From the NCBI GenBank assembly GCA_965602015.1, contig OZ271918.1, positions 3,360,001-3,424,000 of the forward strand: a stretch of 64,000 bases of DNA. The letters are read 5' to 3'. This document shows, piece after piece, positions 1 to 10,050 of the stretch. The stretch is from Salinispira sp. (GTDB taxonomy: Bacteria > Spirochaetota > Spirochaetia > DSM-27196 > Salinispiraceae). Made by a program: the position numbers and the translations under genes. Below the pieces are notes generated by a model. The model was not told the origin of the DNA. It did no database searches and saw only the letters and a program-made list of their open reading frames with translations. Numbering within the stretch: the stretch's first letter is position 1; every line of letters begins with the position of its first letter.

Positions 1-1
1 G

Positions 2-766
2 CGCGGAGCCGACGGAATGGATCACAGCTCGGTCGACTATCGGGAATTCCCCGCAGACGATGGGGCAGTCAAGACCATCGGCGTTCTCACCGGCGATCTA
101 GGTCTGAGTGACGAAGTAGCCGAAGCCTACTCGCGAAGCATCGAAGTCCTTCAAAAATCCGGGGTTTCCCTCGCCGAGGTTGAACTACCGAGCCTAGAGT
201 ATGCTGTTCCGGCGTACTACACCATTGCCACCGCAGAAGCCAGCGCGAATTTGGCCAGGTTCAACGGGGTGCGATACGGTGAGCGTCCGCTGTATGCGGA
301 AAATCCCGACGAACTCGTCCGGAAAAGCCGAGACCTGGGTTTCGGCGACGAAGTCAAACTCCGTATTCTCCTGGGAACCTATGTTTTGCGCTCGGGATTT
401 CAGGACCGTTACTATCACAAGGCCCAGGCAATCCGGGGAGAGATAAAAAAGGAGTTTACCGAACTGTTTTCCTCGGTGGATACCCTTATGCTGCCGGTGT
501 ACCCGGTACAAGCCTTCCCCCACGGCGAAGGCGGCCTCGACCCCTTTCAGCAGAAGGTGGCGGACCGCTTCACCACCGCGGCCAATCTCAGCGGGTTGCC
601 CGGGCTTTCCTGTCCCGGACCGGTGATCGGCGGCCTCCCGTCCGCTGTTCAGTTCATGGCGCCGGCCTTTCACGAGGAACGGCTTTTTTCTTCAGCCCGG
701 CTGCTTTCCGGCGAGTTTCCCGTTTCTCATGCGCCGGATTTCCCCGAAGAATACCAGCTGACCTGA
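2..766 (+). CDS. gatA: Asp/Glu-tRNA amidotransferase subunit A, C-terminal part (5' end outside window)
   Basis: YAVPAYY..AEASANLARFNGVRYG and GFGDEVKLRILLGTYVL motifs; frame is open to the window edge; directly upstream of gatB. Confidence 0.93.
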   Translation, partial: RGADGMDHSSVDYREFPADDGAVKTIGVLTGDLGLSDEVAEAYSRSIEVLQKSGVSLAEVELPSLEYAVPAYYTIATAEASANLARFNGVRYGERPLYAENPDELVRKSRDLGFGDEVKLRILLGTYVLRSGFQDRYYHKAQAIRGEIKKEFTELFSSVDTLMLPVYPVQAFPHGEGGLDPFQQKVADRFTTAANLSGLPGLSCPGPVIGGLPSAVQFMAPAFHEERLFSSARLLSGEFPVSHAPDFPEEYQLT

Positions 767-778
767 GGAGGAGGGAGA

Positions 779-3166
779 ATGTACCAGTCATTTATCGGAT
801 TAGAGATACATGTTCAGCTCACCACCGAGTCCAAAGTGTTCTGCAGCTGCCGCAACCGCTTCGGCGACGAGCCCAATACCAACGTGTGTCCGGTTTGCAT
901 GGGCCTGCCGGGAAGCCTGCCGACCCTCAACGAGGAGGCGATTGCCAAGTCATATGCCGTAGCCCGGGCATTGAACTGCGAGCTGACCTCGGAATGCGTG
1001 TTCGAGCGGAAGAACTATTTTTATCCGGACCTGCCGAAAAACTACCAGATCAGCCAGTTTGAAAAACCATTGGGTACCAACGGGTACATAGATATTGAAT
1101 TCCGCGGCAAAACCAAGCGCATCCGCATTCATGAATGCCACCTCGAAGAAGACGCGGGAAAAATGATCCACGCCGGCGACATGAGCCTTCTTGATTACAA
1201 CCGCACCGGCACACCCCTGCTGGAAATCGTCACCGAGCCCGATATGGAGATGGCCGAGGAGGCGGAGGTTCTTATTCAGGAACTGCGGCGCATCGTCCGC
1301 TACCTGGAGGTCAGCGACGGAAACATGGAGGAAGGCTCCATGCGGGCCGACGCCAATGTATCGATAAATCTGATGGGCAAGGGCCTGGGCAACAAGGTAG
1401 AGGTGAAAAACCTCAACTCTTCCCGCTTCGTGAGAAAATCCCTGGCGTTTGAAATCGAACGTCAGCAGGAAATCATGGAGAAGGGCGGCACCATTGTACA
1501 ACAAACCCGGTTGTGGAACGAGAACCGGGACCAGACCGAGGTCATGCGGACCAAGGAGAATGCCAACGACTACCGGTATTTCCCTGAGCCCGACCTGCCG
1601 CCCTTCAAAACCGACGATACCTTTCTCCGGCGCATAGAGGCCATGCAGGTTGAACTCCCCATCAGCCGCAGGGAGCGCTACCGAAGGGATTTCGGGTTAA
1701 GCGCCGCTCAGGCGGATTTTATCGCCGATGAAAGGGCGACAGCGGAGTATTTCGAAAGCTGCGTTGCCCAGGGGGCGGACCCCCTTCAGCTGGTCACCTG
1801 GCTGAGTTCCGACGTGCAAAAAGAAGTAAACCGGGCCGGCACCAGTCTCGCCGACAGCCCTTTGAGCCCCGATCGCATGGTCTCCATCCTCCAGTTGCTT
1901 GAAAGCGGAAGAATTCACGGAAAAATCGCCAAGCAGGTGCTGCAGGTGATTTTTCAGGAAGATAAAGACCCCGAAGCGATCATAACCGAGCGGAACTGGG
2001 AGCAGATTACCGATCCGGATGCAATCCGGGAAATCGTCGACCGAATAATCGGAGAGAACCCCAAGGCTGCCGAGGAAATTGCCGCCGGCGACAGCAAGCC
2101 GGTGAAATTTCTCATGGGTAAGGTTATGCAGGCCAGCTCAGGCAGGGCAGAGCCCCGTCTTGTCCAGAAAACCCTGGAAGAAGCCCTGCTTGTCAGGACC
2201 CTCGATGTGCTCAGCTTCGGCGGCGCCATCAGCGGAAAGCGGCGGGGCGACGGGCTCATAGAGCCCGGCGACATGCTGGGAGTAAAAAACCGGGTGGCCG
2301 GAGACCGCGATATTGGCGCCGATCTGCGGTTCGAGGAGCTCTCGGTAGGCAGCTTCCTCTCCGAGGAGCTGTCCCCGTCTGACTGGGCGAACCTGACCTA
2401 CCGGGTGGCGTCTCTCGTCGCCCAGGGAAGCGGCGGTATTATCATCGCCCACGGAACCGACACCCTCTCGTACACCGCCGCCCTGCTTCACTGGCTCTTC
2501 GGAGATGTGAAAATTCCCATCGTCCTTGTGGCCACGCTGAATCCAATTGAGGAAGATCCAAAGGGAGAGGAGGATCTGAAGGCCGCTATCCGCAGCGCCG
2601 AAAGCGCACAGGCGGGAGTCTTCGTCCAGATCGGAAAAAGCACCTTTCCGGCGTACAATCTGAAATTCACTAATTTCGAACCGGCGGAAGGAGTTCAGAG
2701 TTTCGCCACCTGGAACGCCGGTATGATTACCAGGGCTCCGGTGGACGGGGCGCTGCTTTTCAGCAGATTTGGAGAGCTACCTGCTCTGAGCGTCCTCGAA
2801 CAGCTCTTTGAAAAGGCGGTTAGCGCCAGCGCATTGGTGAAAATCTACCCGGGTATCAAAAGCAGTTTTATCACCGCCCTCATCGATCAGGGAGTGCGTC
2901 ACATCGTCCTCGAGCTCTACGATTCGGGAACCGCAAATCTTCGTCAGAGCCCGTTCTCCATACGGGAGGCCCTTGAATACGGCAAAAAGGCCGCGGTATC
3001 ATTTTACTGCACCTCCCAGCAGGAGGGCGCCGTTGATTTTGCTGATTACGTCACCAGCCATGAACTCTGGAAGGAAGGGGCGCTGCCCATGGGGCTGGAC
3101 AGCAGCGAAAGTGCCTATGCCCGGGTCATTGCCGGCAGGGTAATCGCCGGGCTACTGGCGGACTGA
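779..3166 (+). CDS. gatB: Asp/Glu-tRNA amidotransferase subunit B fused to a C-terminal asparaginase/GatD-like domain
   Basis: IGLEIHVQL, CPVCMGLPG, RKNYFYPDLPKNYQISQ, HLEEDAGK and DYRYFPEPDL motifs; extra ~320 aa with FGGAIS and HGTDTL; GGAGG RBS upstream. Confidence 0.93.
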   Translation: MYQSFIGLEIHVQLTTESKVFCSCRNRFGDEPNTNVCPVCMGLPGSLPTLNEEAIAKSYAVARALNCELTSECVFERKNYFYPDLPKNYQISQFEKPLGTNGYIDIEFRGKTKRIRIHECHLEEDAGKMIHAGDMSLLDYNRTGTPLLEIVTEPDMEMAEEAEVLIQELRRIVRYLEVSDGNMEEGSMRADANVSINLMGKGLGNKVEVKNLNSSRFVRKSLAFEIERQQEIMEKGGTIVQQTRLWNENRDQTEVMRTKENANDYRYFPEPDLPPFKTDDTFLRRIEAMQVELPISRRERYRRDFGLSAAQADFIADERATAEYFESCVAQGADPLQLVTWLSSDVQKEVNRAGTSLADSPLSPDRMVSILQLLESGRIHGKIAKQVLQVIFQEDKDPEAIITERNWEQITDPDAIREIVDRIIGENPKAAEEIAAGDSKPVKFLMGKVMQASSGRAEPRLVQKTLEEALLVRTLDVLSFGGAISGKRRGDGLIEPGDMLGVKNRVAGDRDIGADLRFEELSVGSFLSEELSPSDWANLTYRVASLVAQGSGGIIIAHGTDTLSYTAALLHWLFGDVKIPIVLVATLNPIEEDPKGEEDLKAAIRSAESAQAGVFVQIGKSTFPAYNLKFTNFEPAEGVQSFATWNAGMITRAPVDGALLFSRFGELPALSVLEQLFEKAVSASALVKIYPGIKSSFITALIDQGVRHIVLELYDSGTANLRQSPFSIREALEYGKKAAVSFYCTSQQEGAVDFADYVTSHELWKEGALPMGLDSSESAYARVIAGRVIAGLLAD

Positions 3167-3230
3167 GTATTTCCCGGCGGTATGCGCCGGAAGCCCCAAT
3201 GTGCAATTTTGATAATATCGAGGTGAACAT

Positions 3231-4508
3231 ATGATGGAACGGGTTTTAGCCGGAGAACTTTCCGGACATGAAGGACAGGAAGTAACAGCATCCGGATGGG
3301 TACACCGCATCCGCGAACTGGGGGCCATCAGTTTTGTATTGTTGAGAGACCGAAGCGGTCAGATGCAGCTCGTGTTCGACGGCAAGGTCGACTTCAGTCT
3401 CGAATCAGTGATTCAGGCAAAAGGAATCGTCAAGGCAAACGACAAAGCCCCGGGCGGATACGAACTGCAGGTCGGCGAAGCGTCGGTTATTGCGCCCGCG
3501 GCTCCCGAACTGAGCTTCCCGGTGAACCAGGATCCGGACAACATCGGCATTGACGCGGTGCTGGACAACCGGATGATGAGCCTGAGAAACCCAAAAATAC
3601 TCGATATTTTTCGGCTCCAGAGCGGCATTGTGGGGTTCTTCCAGGAATACCTTCGGTCCCGGGACTTTACGGAAATAAAGACATCGAAATTAATCGGATC
3701 GGGAACCGAGGGCGGAACCGGGCTTTTCGAAGTGAGTTACTTCGACACCAGGGTATTCCTCGCCCAGAGCCCGCAGTTTTACAAACAGGCCATGATTGCC
3801 AGCGGACTTGAGCGGGTGTTCGAGGTGGGGGCGGCGTACCGCGCCGAAAAACACGACACCCCGCGACACCTGAATGAGTATGTGTCCCTCGATGTAGAAA
3901 TGGCTTTTATCGACAGCGAAGAAGACCTCATGGACCTGGAATGCGGAATTCTCAAAGCCGTTTTTTCCGGGGTAAAGGACAAATACGCGGATATTCTCGA
4001 ACGCTACGGCGCGACGGTGCCGGATGCGGATCGGGTGGACGCCATTCCCCGCATCACCCACGAGGAAGCAAAGGACATCATTTCCAAACGGGGCGGAAAA
4101 AAGGTTTTCGAAATTAATCCCGAGGGGGAACGCCTAATCTGCGAGTGGGCCGAAGAAGAACACGGCATCTCAGCGGTATTTATTACCGCTTTTCCCCGGA
4201 AAAAGCGGCCATTTTACACCTTCCCCGAGGGTCAGAAGACCAAAAGTTTCGATCTCATTTTCAGAGGGCTGGAAATCACCACCGGAGGCCGGCGGATAAA
4301 CGACTATTCCATGATGCAGGAAACCCTGCCCAAGTTCGGCATGACCGAAGAGGGTTTGGGCGGGTACATCGATATTTTCAAATACGGCTGTCCGCCCCAC
4401 GGTGGATTTGCCATCGGCCTGGAGCGAATTACCCAAAAAATCCTCGGCCTGTCAAATGTAAAAGAAGCGAGCCTCTTCCCCCGGGATCGAAAGCGGATCA
4501 CTCCCTAG
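3231..4508 (+). CDS. aspS: Short (archaeal/eukaryote-like, probably non-discriminating) aspartyl-tRNA synthetase
   Basis: N-terminal OB fold (GWVHRIRELG), LAQSPQFYKQ, motif 2 YRAEKHDTPRHLNEY, motif 3 PPHGGFAIGLER..FPRD; 425 aa with no GAD insertion; follows gatAB. Confidence 0.9.
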   Translation: MMERVLAGELSGHEGQEVTASGWVHRIRELGAISFVLLRDRSGQMQLVFDGKVDFSLESVIQAKGIVKANDKAPGGYELQVGEASVIAPAAPELSFPVNQDPDNIGIDAVLDNRMMSLRNPKILDIFRLQSGIVGFFQEYLRSRDFTEIKTSKLIGSGTEGGTGLFEVSYFDTRVFLAQSPQFYKQAMIASGLERVFEVGAAYRAEKHDTPRHLNEYVSLDVEMAFIDSEEDLMDLECGILKAVFSGVKDKYADILERYGATVPDADRVDAIPRITHEEAKDIISKRGGKKVFEINPEGERLICEWAEEEHGISAVFITAFPRKKRPFYTFPEGQKTKSFDLIFRGLEITTGGRRINDYSMMQETLPKFGMTEEGLGGYIDIFKYGCPPHGGFAIGLERITQKILGLSNVKEASLFPRDRKRITP

Positions 4509-4512
4509 GGCT

Positions 4513-5544
4513 ATGATTTTTGCTCTTCTCGCGGTATCGCTGGTTTTGCTTGGAGGATGCGGCACCGGCCCAATAAACCCGCCGTTCGCCGAGTATGCCC
4601 GGGGAGACGCCCGGCTGATTATTGCGGCAAGCGCCGAGGGTTTGACCCAGCGGGCCTATCGCCGGCTGGCGAGGGCAGATAACCCTCTGTTTGATCTTTT
4701 GAGAGATAGCGACCTGCTATTCTATGGCGCCGGAGCGTCGGGGGACGTCGGCACCGGTACGCCGGGGAGCGGGGGACCTGGTCTTCCCCGCGACAGCGGT
4801 CGGCCTGGGCGGGAAGACGCTGATTCCCCGAATTCCCCGCCCCTCACAGTCGGACAATACATCAATAGCTGGCTGCCCGAACGGAAAACCGCATTCATAG
4901 ACGCCCTTGCCTCTCTTCCGGGAATGGATAATCCCGGGGCCCGGGAGGCGGTGCTAAGCTCCGCGCCGTTTTCCGCCCTTAAAATCCTGGAACATGACAT
5001 CCTTGCCCCTGCGGCGGGTTTTGAAAATCTCCGCTCTTCGGGCCGGCTCTACGCAGACCTGGCCGCCCGGCGCCGAATAGAAATTCGGCCTTTGCCCGCG
5101 ACGCTTTCGGAGTTCGACGACGAAATCCCCCACGAGATTAGCATGAATTTCCTGGAGCACCTGGTTTTGCTCCGCCCGGATCAGGCGAGGCTTATGTCCT
5201 CCTATGAGCGCAGATCGGAGTCGGCCCTTGAGCGGATATCCGGCAGCGGCGGAAGCGATGACCAGGAGTCCGGGTTCTATGAGCTCCTGGGAGGGCTCAT
5301 GGGAGCCGGGTGGGAAGCCGACAAACCACTCATGGACTTTATCCGGGAGAAGGAGGCAGCGGGGAACCGGATAATCCGGAGCTACTGGATGCCCGTCATA
5401 GAGGAGTTTTTCGCCCAGTCGCCGGCGGACAGCGCTGTATTTCTCATTGCTCCGCTGGAACTACTTGGCGGATCGGCTGAGTTATTTTCGGGAATGCTCG
5501 AAGCGGCGGGGTGGCGGCAGTTGAGAGCGACGGGGTTCCGGTAA
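4513..5544 (+). CDS. Hypothetical lipoprotein (possibly remote TraB/GumN-like)
   Basis: Signal peptide with lipobox LGGC; 343-aa ORF starting 4 bp after aspS; family assignment is weak. Confidence 0.6.
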   Translation: MIFALLAVSLVLLGGCGTGPINPPFAEYARGDARLIIAASAEGLTQRAYRRLARADNPLFDLLRDSDLLFYGAGASGDVGTGTPGSGGPGLPRDSGRPGREDADSPNSPPLTVGQYINSWLPERKTAFIDALASLPGMDNPGAREAVLSSAPFSALKILEHDILAPAAGFENLRSSGRLYADLAARRRIEIRPLPATLSEFDDEIPHEISMNFLEHLVLLRPDQARLMSSYERRSESALERISGSGGSDDQESGFYELLGGLMGAGWEADKPLMDFIREKEAAGNRIIRSYWMPVIEEFFAQSPADSAVFLIAPLELLGGSAELFSGMLEAAGWRQLRATGFR

Positions 5545-5570
5545 ACCCGGCGGCCAGGCATCCGGAAAAT

Positions 5571-5599
5571 AAAAAAACCGGGAGCGAATCGCCCCCGGT
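5571..5599 (-). terminator. Intrinsic terminator for the minus-strand SPFH operon
   Basis: Stem ACCGGG-a-GCGA / TCGC-c-CCCGGT next to an A7 run (U7 on minus strand), between convergent genes. Confidence 0.65.
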
Positions 5600-5622
5600 G
5601 TTGATGTGCCGATGACTGAGAC

Positions 5623-6555
5623 TTAGGTAAGACTCTTGCCTACGGAAATTTTCTTGAGCTTTTCCAGGGCCTCGTCGATTCTCGTGAGGTCTATGGGCAG
5701 GATCACCTGGGTGTCCTTTTTTGCCAGGGAGCTCATGGATTTCACATAACCTTCCATAATTTGCAGATTCAAAGCTTCATCGCCCCCGGGCACCGAAATG
5801 GCTTCTGCCAGAGTGGAAATACTCGCGGCGGTCGCCTTGGCAATGGAGAGAATTTCCGCCGCCCGGCCGTTGGCCTCGTTTATCAGCTGTTCCTTGATAC
5901 CCTCGGAACGGTTGATGTTTTCCTGCATTTCACCCTGGCTGTGATTAACTTTTGAAGCCCTTTCGCCCTCGCTTCTGGCAATTACCGCCCGTTTTTCACG
6001 CTCTGCCTTGAGCTGGATTTCCATGGCGACCAAAATGTCCTGGGGAACCTCAATGTTTTTAATTTCATAGCGGGTGATTTTTACCCCCCAGGGGTCGGTT
6101 GCCTGATCGACTTCCTTGACGATGGCTGCGTTTATCTGGTCCCGTTCCTCAAAGGTTTTATCCAGGTCCAGTTTTCCGATTACCGAGCGCATGGTGGTCT
6201 GCGCCAGCTGCACCGTGGCCATCCGGTAGTTGGTGATGCCGTAACTGGCCTTGCTGGGGTCGATCACCTGGAAATACAGCACGCCGTCGACCTTGATTCG
6301 GACGTTGTCGTGGGTGAAGCAGCTCTGGCTGGGGACGTCCAGGGCCTGTTCCTTCATGGAGTGGGTATACCGCACCTTGTCGATGAAGGGTATGAGCAGA
6401 TGCAGACCGGCTTCGAGGCTGTTGGTGAATTTCCCCAGGCGCTCGACGACCCGCACCTGCTTGGAGGGAATAACCTGAATGCTGCGGAGCAGGGAAATTG
6501 CCACGGTCAGGCCGAAGCCCCCCGCAAGGATGTAGAGAAATAGCATTCCGCTCAT
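5623..6555 (-). CDS. SPFH/band-7 (stomatin-like, QmcA-type) protein
   Basis: N-terminal TM helix, VVERLGKF, QLAQTTMRSVIGKLDLD, WGVKITRYEIKNI, AEREKRA coiled coil. Confidence 0.92.
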   Translation of the reverse strand: MSGMLFLYILAGGFGLTVAISLLRSIQVIPSKQVRVVERLGKFTNSLEAGLHLLIPFIDKVRYTHSMKEQALDVPSQSCFTHDNVRIKVDGVLYFQVIDPSKASYGITNYRMATVQLAQTTMRSVIGKLDLDKTFEERDQINAAIVKEVDQATDPWGVKITRYEIKNIEVPQDILVAMEIQLKAEREKRAVIARSEGERASKVNHSQGEMQENINRSEGIKEQLINEANGRAAEILSIAKATAASISTLAEAISVPGGDEALNLQIMEGYVKSMSSLAKKDTQVILPIDLTRIDEALEKLKKISVGKSLT

Positions 6556-7481
6556 GAGTTGCCTCCCTTGGAATTGCCCGGCAGCATGGTTGAAACCACC
6601 GACTGAATTTGCGCCAGATCGTGGGGCATTACCGAAACCTGGGCGTCCGAGAGAATGCCTTCCAGCTGCTGTACGAACTGGTTGGTGAGCCGCAGATTCA
6701 CCGCCTTGTCGCCTCCCGGTGACTTAATGGCGTCGGCGACCATTTTGATGCCTTCGGCGGTGGCGTTTGCCACGATGGTAATGGCTTCCGCCCGTCCTTC
6801 GGCTTCGTTGATCCGCTTTTGCTGATCACCCTTTGACTTGTTTATGGATTCTTCCCGGTCGCCCCGGGAAACGTTGATGCGGCTTTCCTTCACCCCTTCG
6901 GATTCGAGTATTTCCGCCCGTTTCTCCCGTTCGGCCCGAACCTGGGCTTCCATGGCGTCCACCACCGTCGGGTTGGGAATAATATCCTTGATTTCGTACC
7001 GGGTAACCTTGATTCCCCAGGGGTCGGAGGCCACGTCGACGGCTTTGACAATGGCATTATTCATGATTTCCCGTTCCGAGAAGGTCCTGTCCAAATCGAG
7101 TTTTCCGATTTCGCTTCGCATGTTGGATTGGGCAAGCTGGGCGGTGGCGAACCGGTAGTTGTCTATGCCGTAACTCGCCTTTTCTGCATCCATCACCTTC
7201 AGATAGAGGATTCCGTCCACAGTCACCTGGACGTTGTCCTTGGTAATACACACCTGCGGGGGCACGTCGATGACTTCCTCTTTTAGTTCGTGCTGATCAA
7301 CTACCCGCTGCAATCCGGGGACTACCAGGTGAAAACCCGGGCCCAGGGTCTTTTGGTATTTTCCCAGGAACTCCAGGACCCAGGCCTGCTGTTCAGGCAC
7401 GATCCGCAATAACTTAAAAAACAGGATGAATACCCCAAGGGCTATTCCCCCGCTTACCAATAAACCGGTAATCACGTCCAT
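6552..7481 (-). CDS. SPFH/band-7 (stomatin-like) protein, paralog of the neighbour
   Basis: ITKDNVQVTVDGILY, QLAQSNMRSEIGKLDLD, AEREKRAEILESEG; ATGA overlap with next gene. Confidence 0.92.
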   Translation of the reverse strand: MDVITGLLVSGGIALGVFILFFKLLRIVPEQQAWVLEFLGKYQKTLGPGFHLVVPGLQRVVDQHELKEEVIDVPPQVCITKDNVQVTVDGILYLKVMDAEKASYGIDNYRFATAQLAQSNMRSEIGKLDLDRTFSEREIMNNAIVKAVDVASDPWGIKVTRYEIKDIIPNPTVVDAMEAQVRAEREKRAEILESEGVKESRINVSRGDREESINKSKGDQQKRINEAEGRAEAITIVANATAEGIKMVADAIKSPGGDKAVNLRLTNQFVQQLEGILSDAQVSVMPHDLAQIQSVVSTMLPGNSKGGNS

Positions 7482-7537
7482 ACTGCCTCCTTACGTATTC
7501 CAGTCAATCTATGTGTATTACCCCAATGGATGGGTTT

Positions 7538-8002
7538 TTATTCACCGTTTTCAGGTAGAAGGGGATCGCCAACGTAATAGGTCATTCCCTCTTTTTTTAA
7601 GATCCAGACGCTGCTGCCCTTTTTGTAGGTCTTGTCAAAACTCAGGGCTGCCCAGCTGGTGCCCATATAGCTGATGCGGCCGGGTTTCTCAGGAGTAATG
7701 GTTTCGAGAACCTTGGCGCTCCGTCCGCCGTCGTCGTAGTCGTGGTCTCCGGCTGTTATTTGCTTGCCGGTGAATATTTTCTTGAAATACTTCCTCAACG
7801 AAACCAGGGAAAGGGTGGACATGCCGACAAAAAGCAGGATCTGGGGTGCAATCAGGGACGACAGGCCGGGAATGAGGGCCGTCAGAAGGGAGGTAAGCAG
7901 GGCGCCGGCACCGAAAAAAATTATCACCAGGCCGGGGATGAAGAACTCCGATATAACCATCAGGAAACCCACAATAGCCCAGAAAATCGCCATAATATCC
8001 AT
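7538..8002 (-). CDS. NfeD-family membrane protein
   Basis: N-terminal TM helices (EFFIPGLVIIFFG), C-terminal OB-like GRISYMGTSWAA; standard partner of SPFH genes. Confidence 0.88.
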   Translation of the reverse strand: MDIMAIFWAIVGFLMVISEFFIPGLVIIFFGAGALLTSLLTALIPGLSSLIAPQILLFVGMSTLSLVSLRKYFKKIFTGKQITAGDHDYDDGGRSAKVLETITPEKPGRISYMGTSWAALSFDKTYKKGSSVWILKKEGMTYYVGDPLLPENGE

Positions 8003-8021
8003 GTTCTACCTCTCCTGCACT

Positions 8022-8960
8022 TTACCAGTTTCGTACGCGGGTATTCATTTTTTCAATGCCAAAGACCCGGCAAATATCATCTTCAATGTTATCTATGAGG
8101 TGCTCCGACCAGTGGAAAAATGAGGTTTTGTCCCCCAAATCCGATCCGGCGACGCGCTGGGCAATCCATGATTTTTCCTTTTCATCCATAAGGGACTCCA
8201 CCACGATGAGACGGTCAAAGGAGCGGTCGGGAAAATCTCCGTCCGGCGCTTCATCCGGGCAGCTGAGAAAAAGCAGCCTGTCGGCCTGGCGGCTCAGGGC
8301 ATTTTCCATCGCAGCCTGGGCATGGGCGATGGTGGCTTCGGCGGACTCGTGGATGGTGTGATGCTCGTTGTGAACCGCCTTCACTTCCTGATAGTATCTC
8401 CGGTAATGAGGGGCATAGAGGGTGCGGAAGTGGGCGGCCAGCCGTCGGCTCAGTACCTCGCTGTCCTTTCCGGCAAATATGCCCACCCGTTTGATAAAAT
8501 AAGGCCGCACAACTTCCGGAAGAAAGCGCCAATGCCGAAGGGGTTCATTGCGGATGTCGCTGCCGGAAACCGGCAGCTGATCCCGGTTCGGGTCGACGGG
8601 CAGGAATTCCGCCCCCAGTTCGCCGGCGAGCTTCCAGCCGTAGTCTTCCGAGGCGAAAAGGTAATCGATGTTTTCGTCGCGCAGCCGCGAACGGATTGCA
8701 TCAGCCCAGATGACGTGTGCATCGGGCCGGTTGCGGTTGGCGTCGGGGTTCTCCTCAGTGATGTGGACGATTTCCGCCGAGGGATAGAGTTCTTTCATCC
8801 ATTCGAAGCGGAGATCCCCGGGAATTTCATCTCTCGAGAGGGTGCACACGAATATATAGAGCCTGTCCACAAATGAAGTGGCGAAATCCACCAGATAACG
8901 GTGGCCGTTATGAGGCGGGTTGAAGCGTCCGATTATCACCCCGCTGCCGCTTTTGATCAT
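8022..8960 (-). CDS. NadR-like nucleotidyltransferase (NMNAT-type) with degenerate C-terminal kinase domain
   Basis: GRFNPPHNGH (HIGH-type), LFASEDYG, PVSGSDIR..W.FLPEVVRPYF; start chosen at MIKSG. Confidence 0.8.
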   Translation of the reverse strand: MIKSGSGVIIGRFNPPHNGHRYLVDFATSFVDRLYIFVCTLSRDEIPGDLRFEWMKELYPSAEIVHITEENPDANRNRPDAHVIWADAIRSRLRDENIDYLFASEDYGWKLAGELGAEFLPVDPNRDQLPVSGSDIRNEPLRHWRFLPEVVRPYFIKRVGIFAGKDSEVLSRRLAAHFRTLYAPHYRRYYQEVKAVHNEHHTIHESAEATIAHAQAAMENALSRQADRLLFLSCPDEAPDGDFPDRSFDRLIVVESLMDEKEKSWIAQRVAGSDLGDKTSFFHWSEHLIDNIEDDICRVFGIEKMNTRVRNW

Positions 8961-9078
8961 ATGGTCCAGAATACTACCTGGATCGAAACACAATCAATAT
9001 ATTCTTCCTGTATACTGGGAATAGATGCGTAAAGCCGGCGCCAACGCCGGCAAATCCGGAACCGGAGCGGAGGGGTTT

Positions 9079-10050
9079 ATGGTAATTTCTATTGATCTCG
9101 GGGGCACAAAAATGCTGAGCGCGCTGATGGATGATCAGTTTCGCGTTCGGGATAGTATTAAATTAAAAACGCCTCAAACCACTGATGGTGATGAAATTCT
9201 CGATCTCATGGCCGACTCGGTGCGGGATCTGCTTAAGTCCGCAGACCTTTCGCCCGCTGATATTCTGGGAGTGTCCGTCGGCGTACCCTCGGCGGTTAAT
9301 TTCACCGACGGCGTCGTGCTGTCAGCCACCAATATCGGATTTGAGAACTACCCCTTGCGAGACCGCCTGTCCGCGGCGACCGGTGTACCGGTCTTGGTGG
9401 ACAATGACGTCAACGCCGGCATTTACGGGGAGTTCCTCCGGGGCGCCGCCGCGGGTAAGCGGAACATCATCGGCCTGTACCCCGGGACGGGCATCGGGGG
9501 CGGCATGGTTCTGGACGGCCGTCTCTACCGGGGGGCCAAGGGCGGAGCCGGTGAAATGGGGCATATGATCATCCAGTCCGGCGGGCGGCTGTGCGGGTGC
9601 GGCCGTTACGGCTGCCTCGAGACCCTGGCCTCCAAGACCGCCCTGGCCAAGGACCTGGTTCAGCTGGCGGCCACCGGCAAGGCGCCGAGCATTCTGGAGA
9701 AGGTCGGTTCGGATTACACCCTTATCAAGAGCAGCCACATCAAAAAGGCCATTGATTCCGGCGAAGAGGCGGTTATCGACCTGGTCAACCGGGCGGCGGA
9801 TTTCCTGGGAATCGGCATGGCCAACTATGTGAATATTTTTAACCCGGAAGTCATCGTTCTCGGCGGGGGCCTCATTGAAAAACTCGGGAATTCATTTGTC
9901 CAACGGGCAGAGGCCAGCATGCGATCCAACGCCATGCCCGTCCTGCTTCAGGATGTGGAGGTAAAAATCGCCAAGCTGGGAGACGACAGCGTAATCACCG
10001 GAGCCGCCCTCTTGCTGCGGGATTTCCTTGAGGAGAGCAAGAACTCTTGA
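9079..10050 (+). CDS. ROK-family sugar kinase
   Basis: IDLGGTK, DNDVNAG, GTGIGGG, AGEMGH, CGCGRYGCLE zinc motif; GGAGGGG RBS before ATG 9079. Confidence 0.92.
   Translation: MVISIDLGGTKMLSALMDDQFRVRDSIKLKTPQTTDGDEILDLMADSVRDLLKSADLSPADILGVSVGVPSAVNFTDGVVLSATNIGFENYPLRDRLSAATGVPVLVDNDVNAGIYGEFLRGAAAGKRNIIGLYPGTGIGGGMVLDGRLYRGAKGGAGEMGHMIIQSGGRLCGCGRYGCLETLASKTALAKDLVQLAATGKAPSILEKVGSDYTLIKSSHIKKAIDSGEEAVIDLVNRAADFLGIGMANYVNIFNPEVIVLGGGLIEKLGNSFVQRAEASMRSNAMPVLLQDVEVKIAKLGDDSVITGAALLLRDFLEESKNS

Noticed and set aside
5623..8002. nfeD plus two SPFH paralogs as a novel system
   Set aside because: A well-known, widespread operon arrangement
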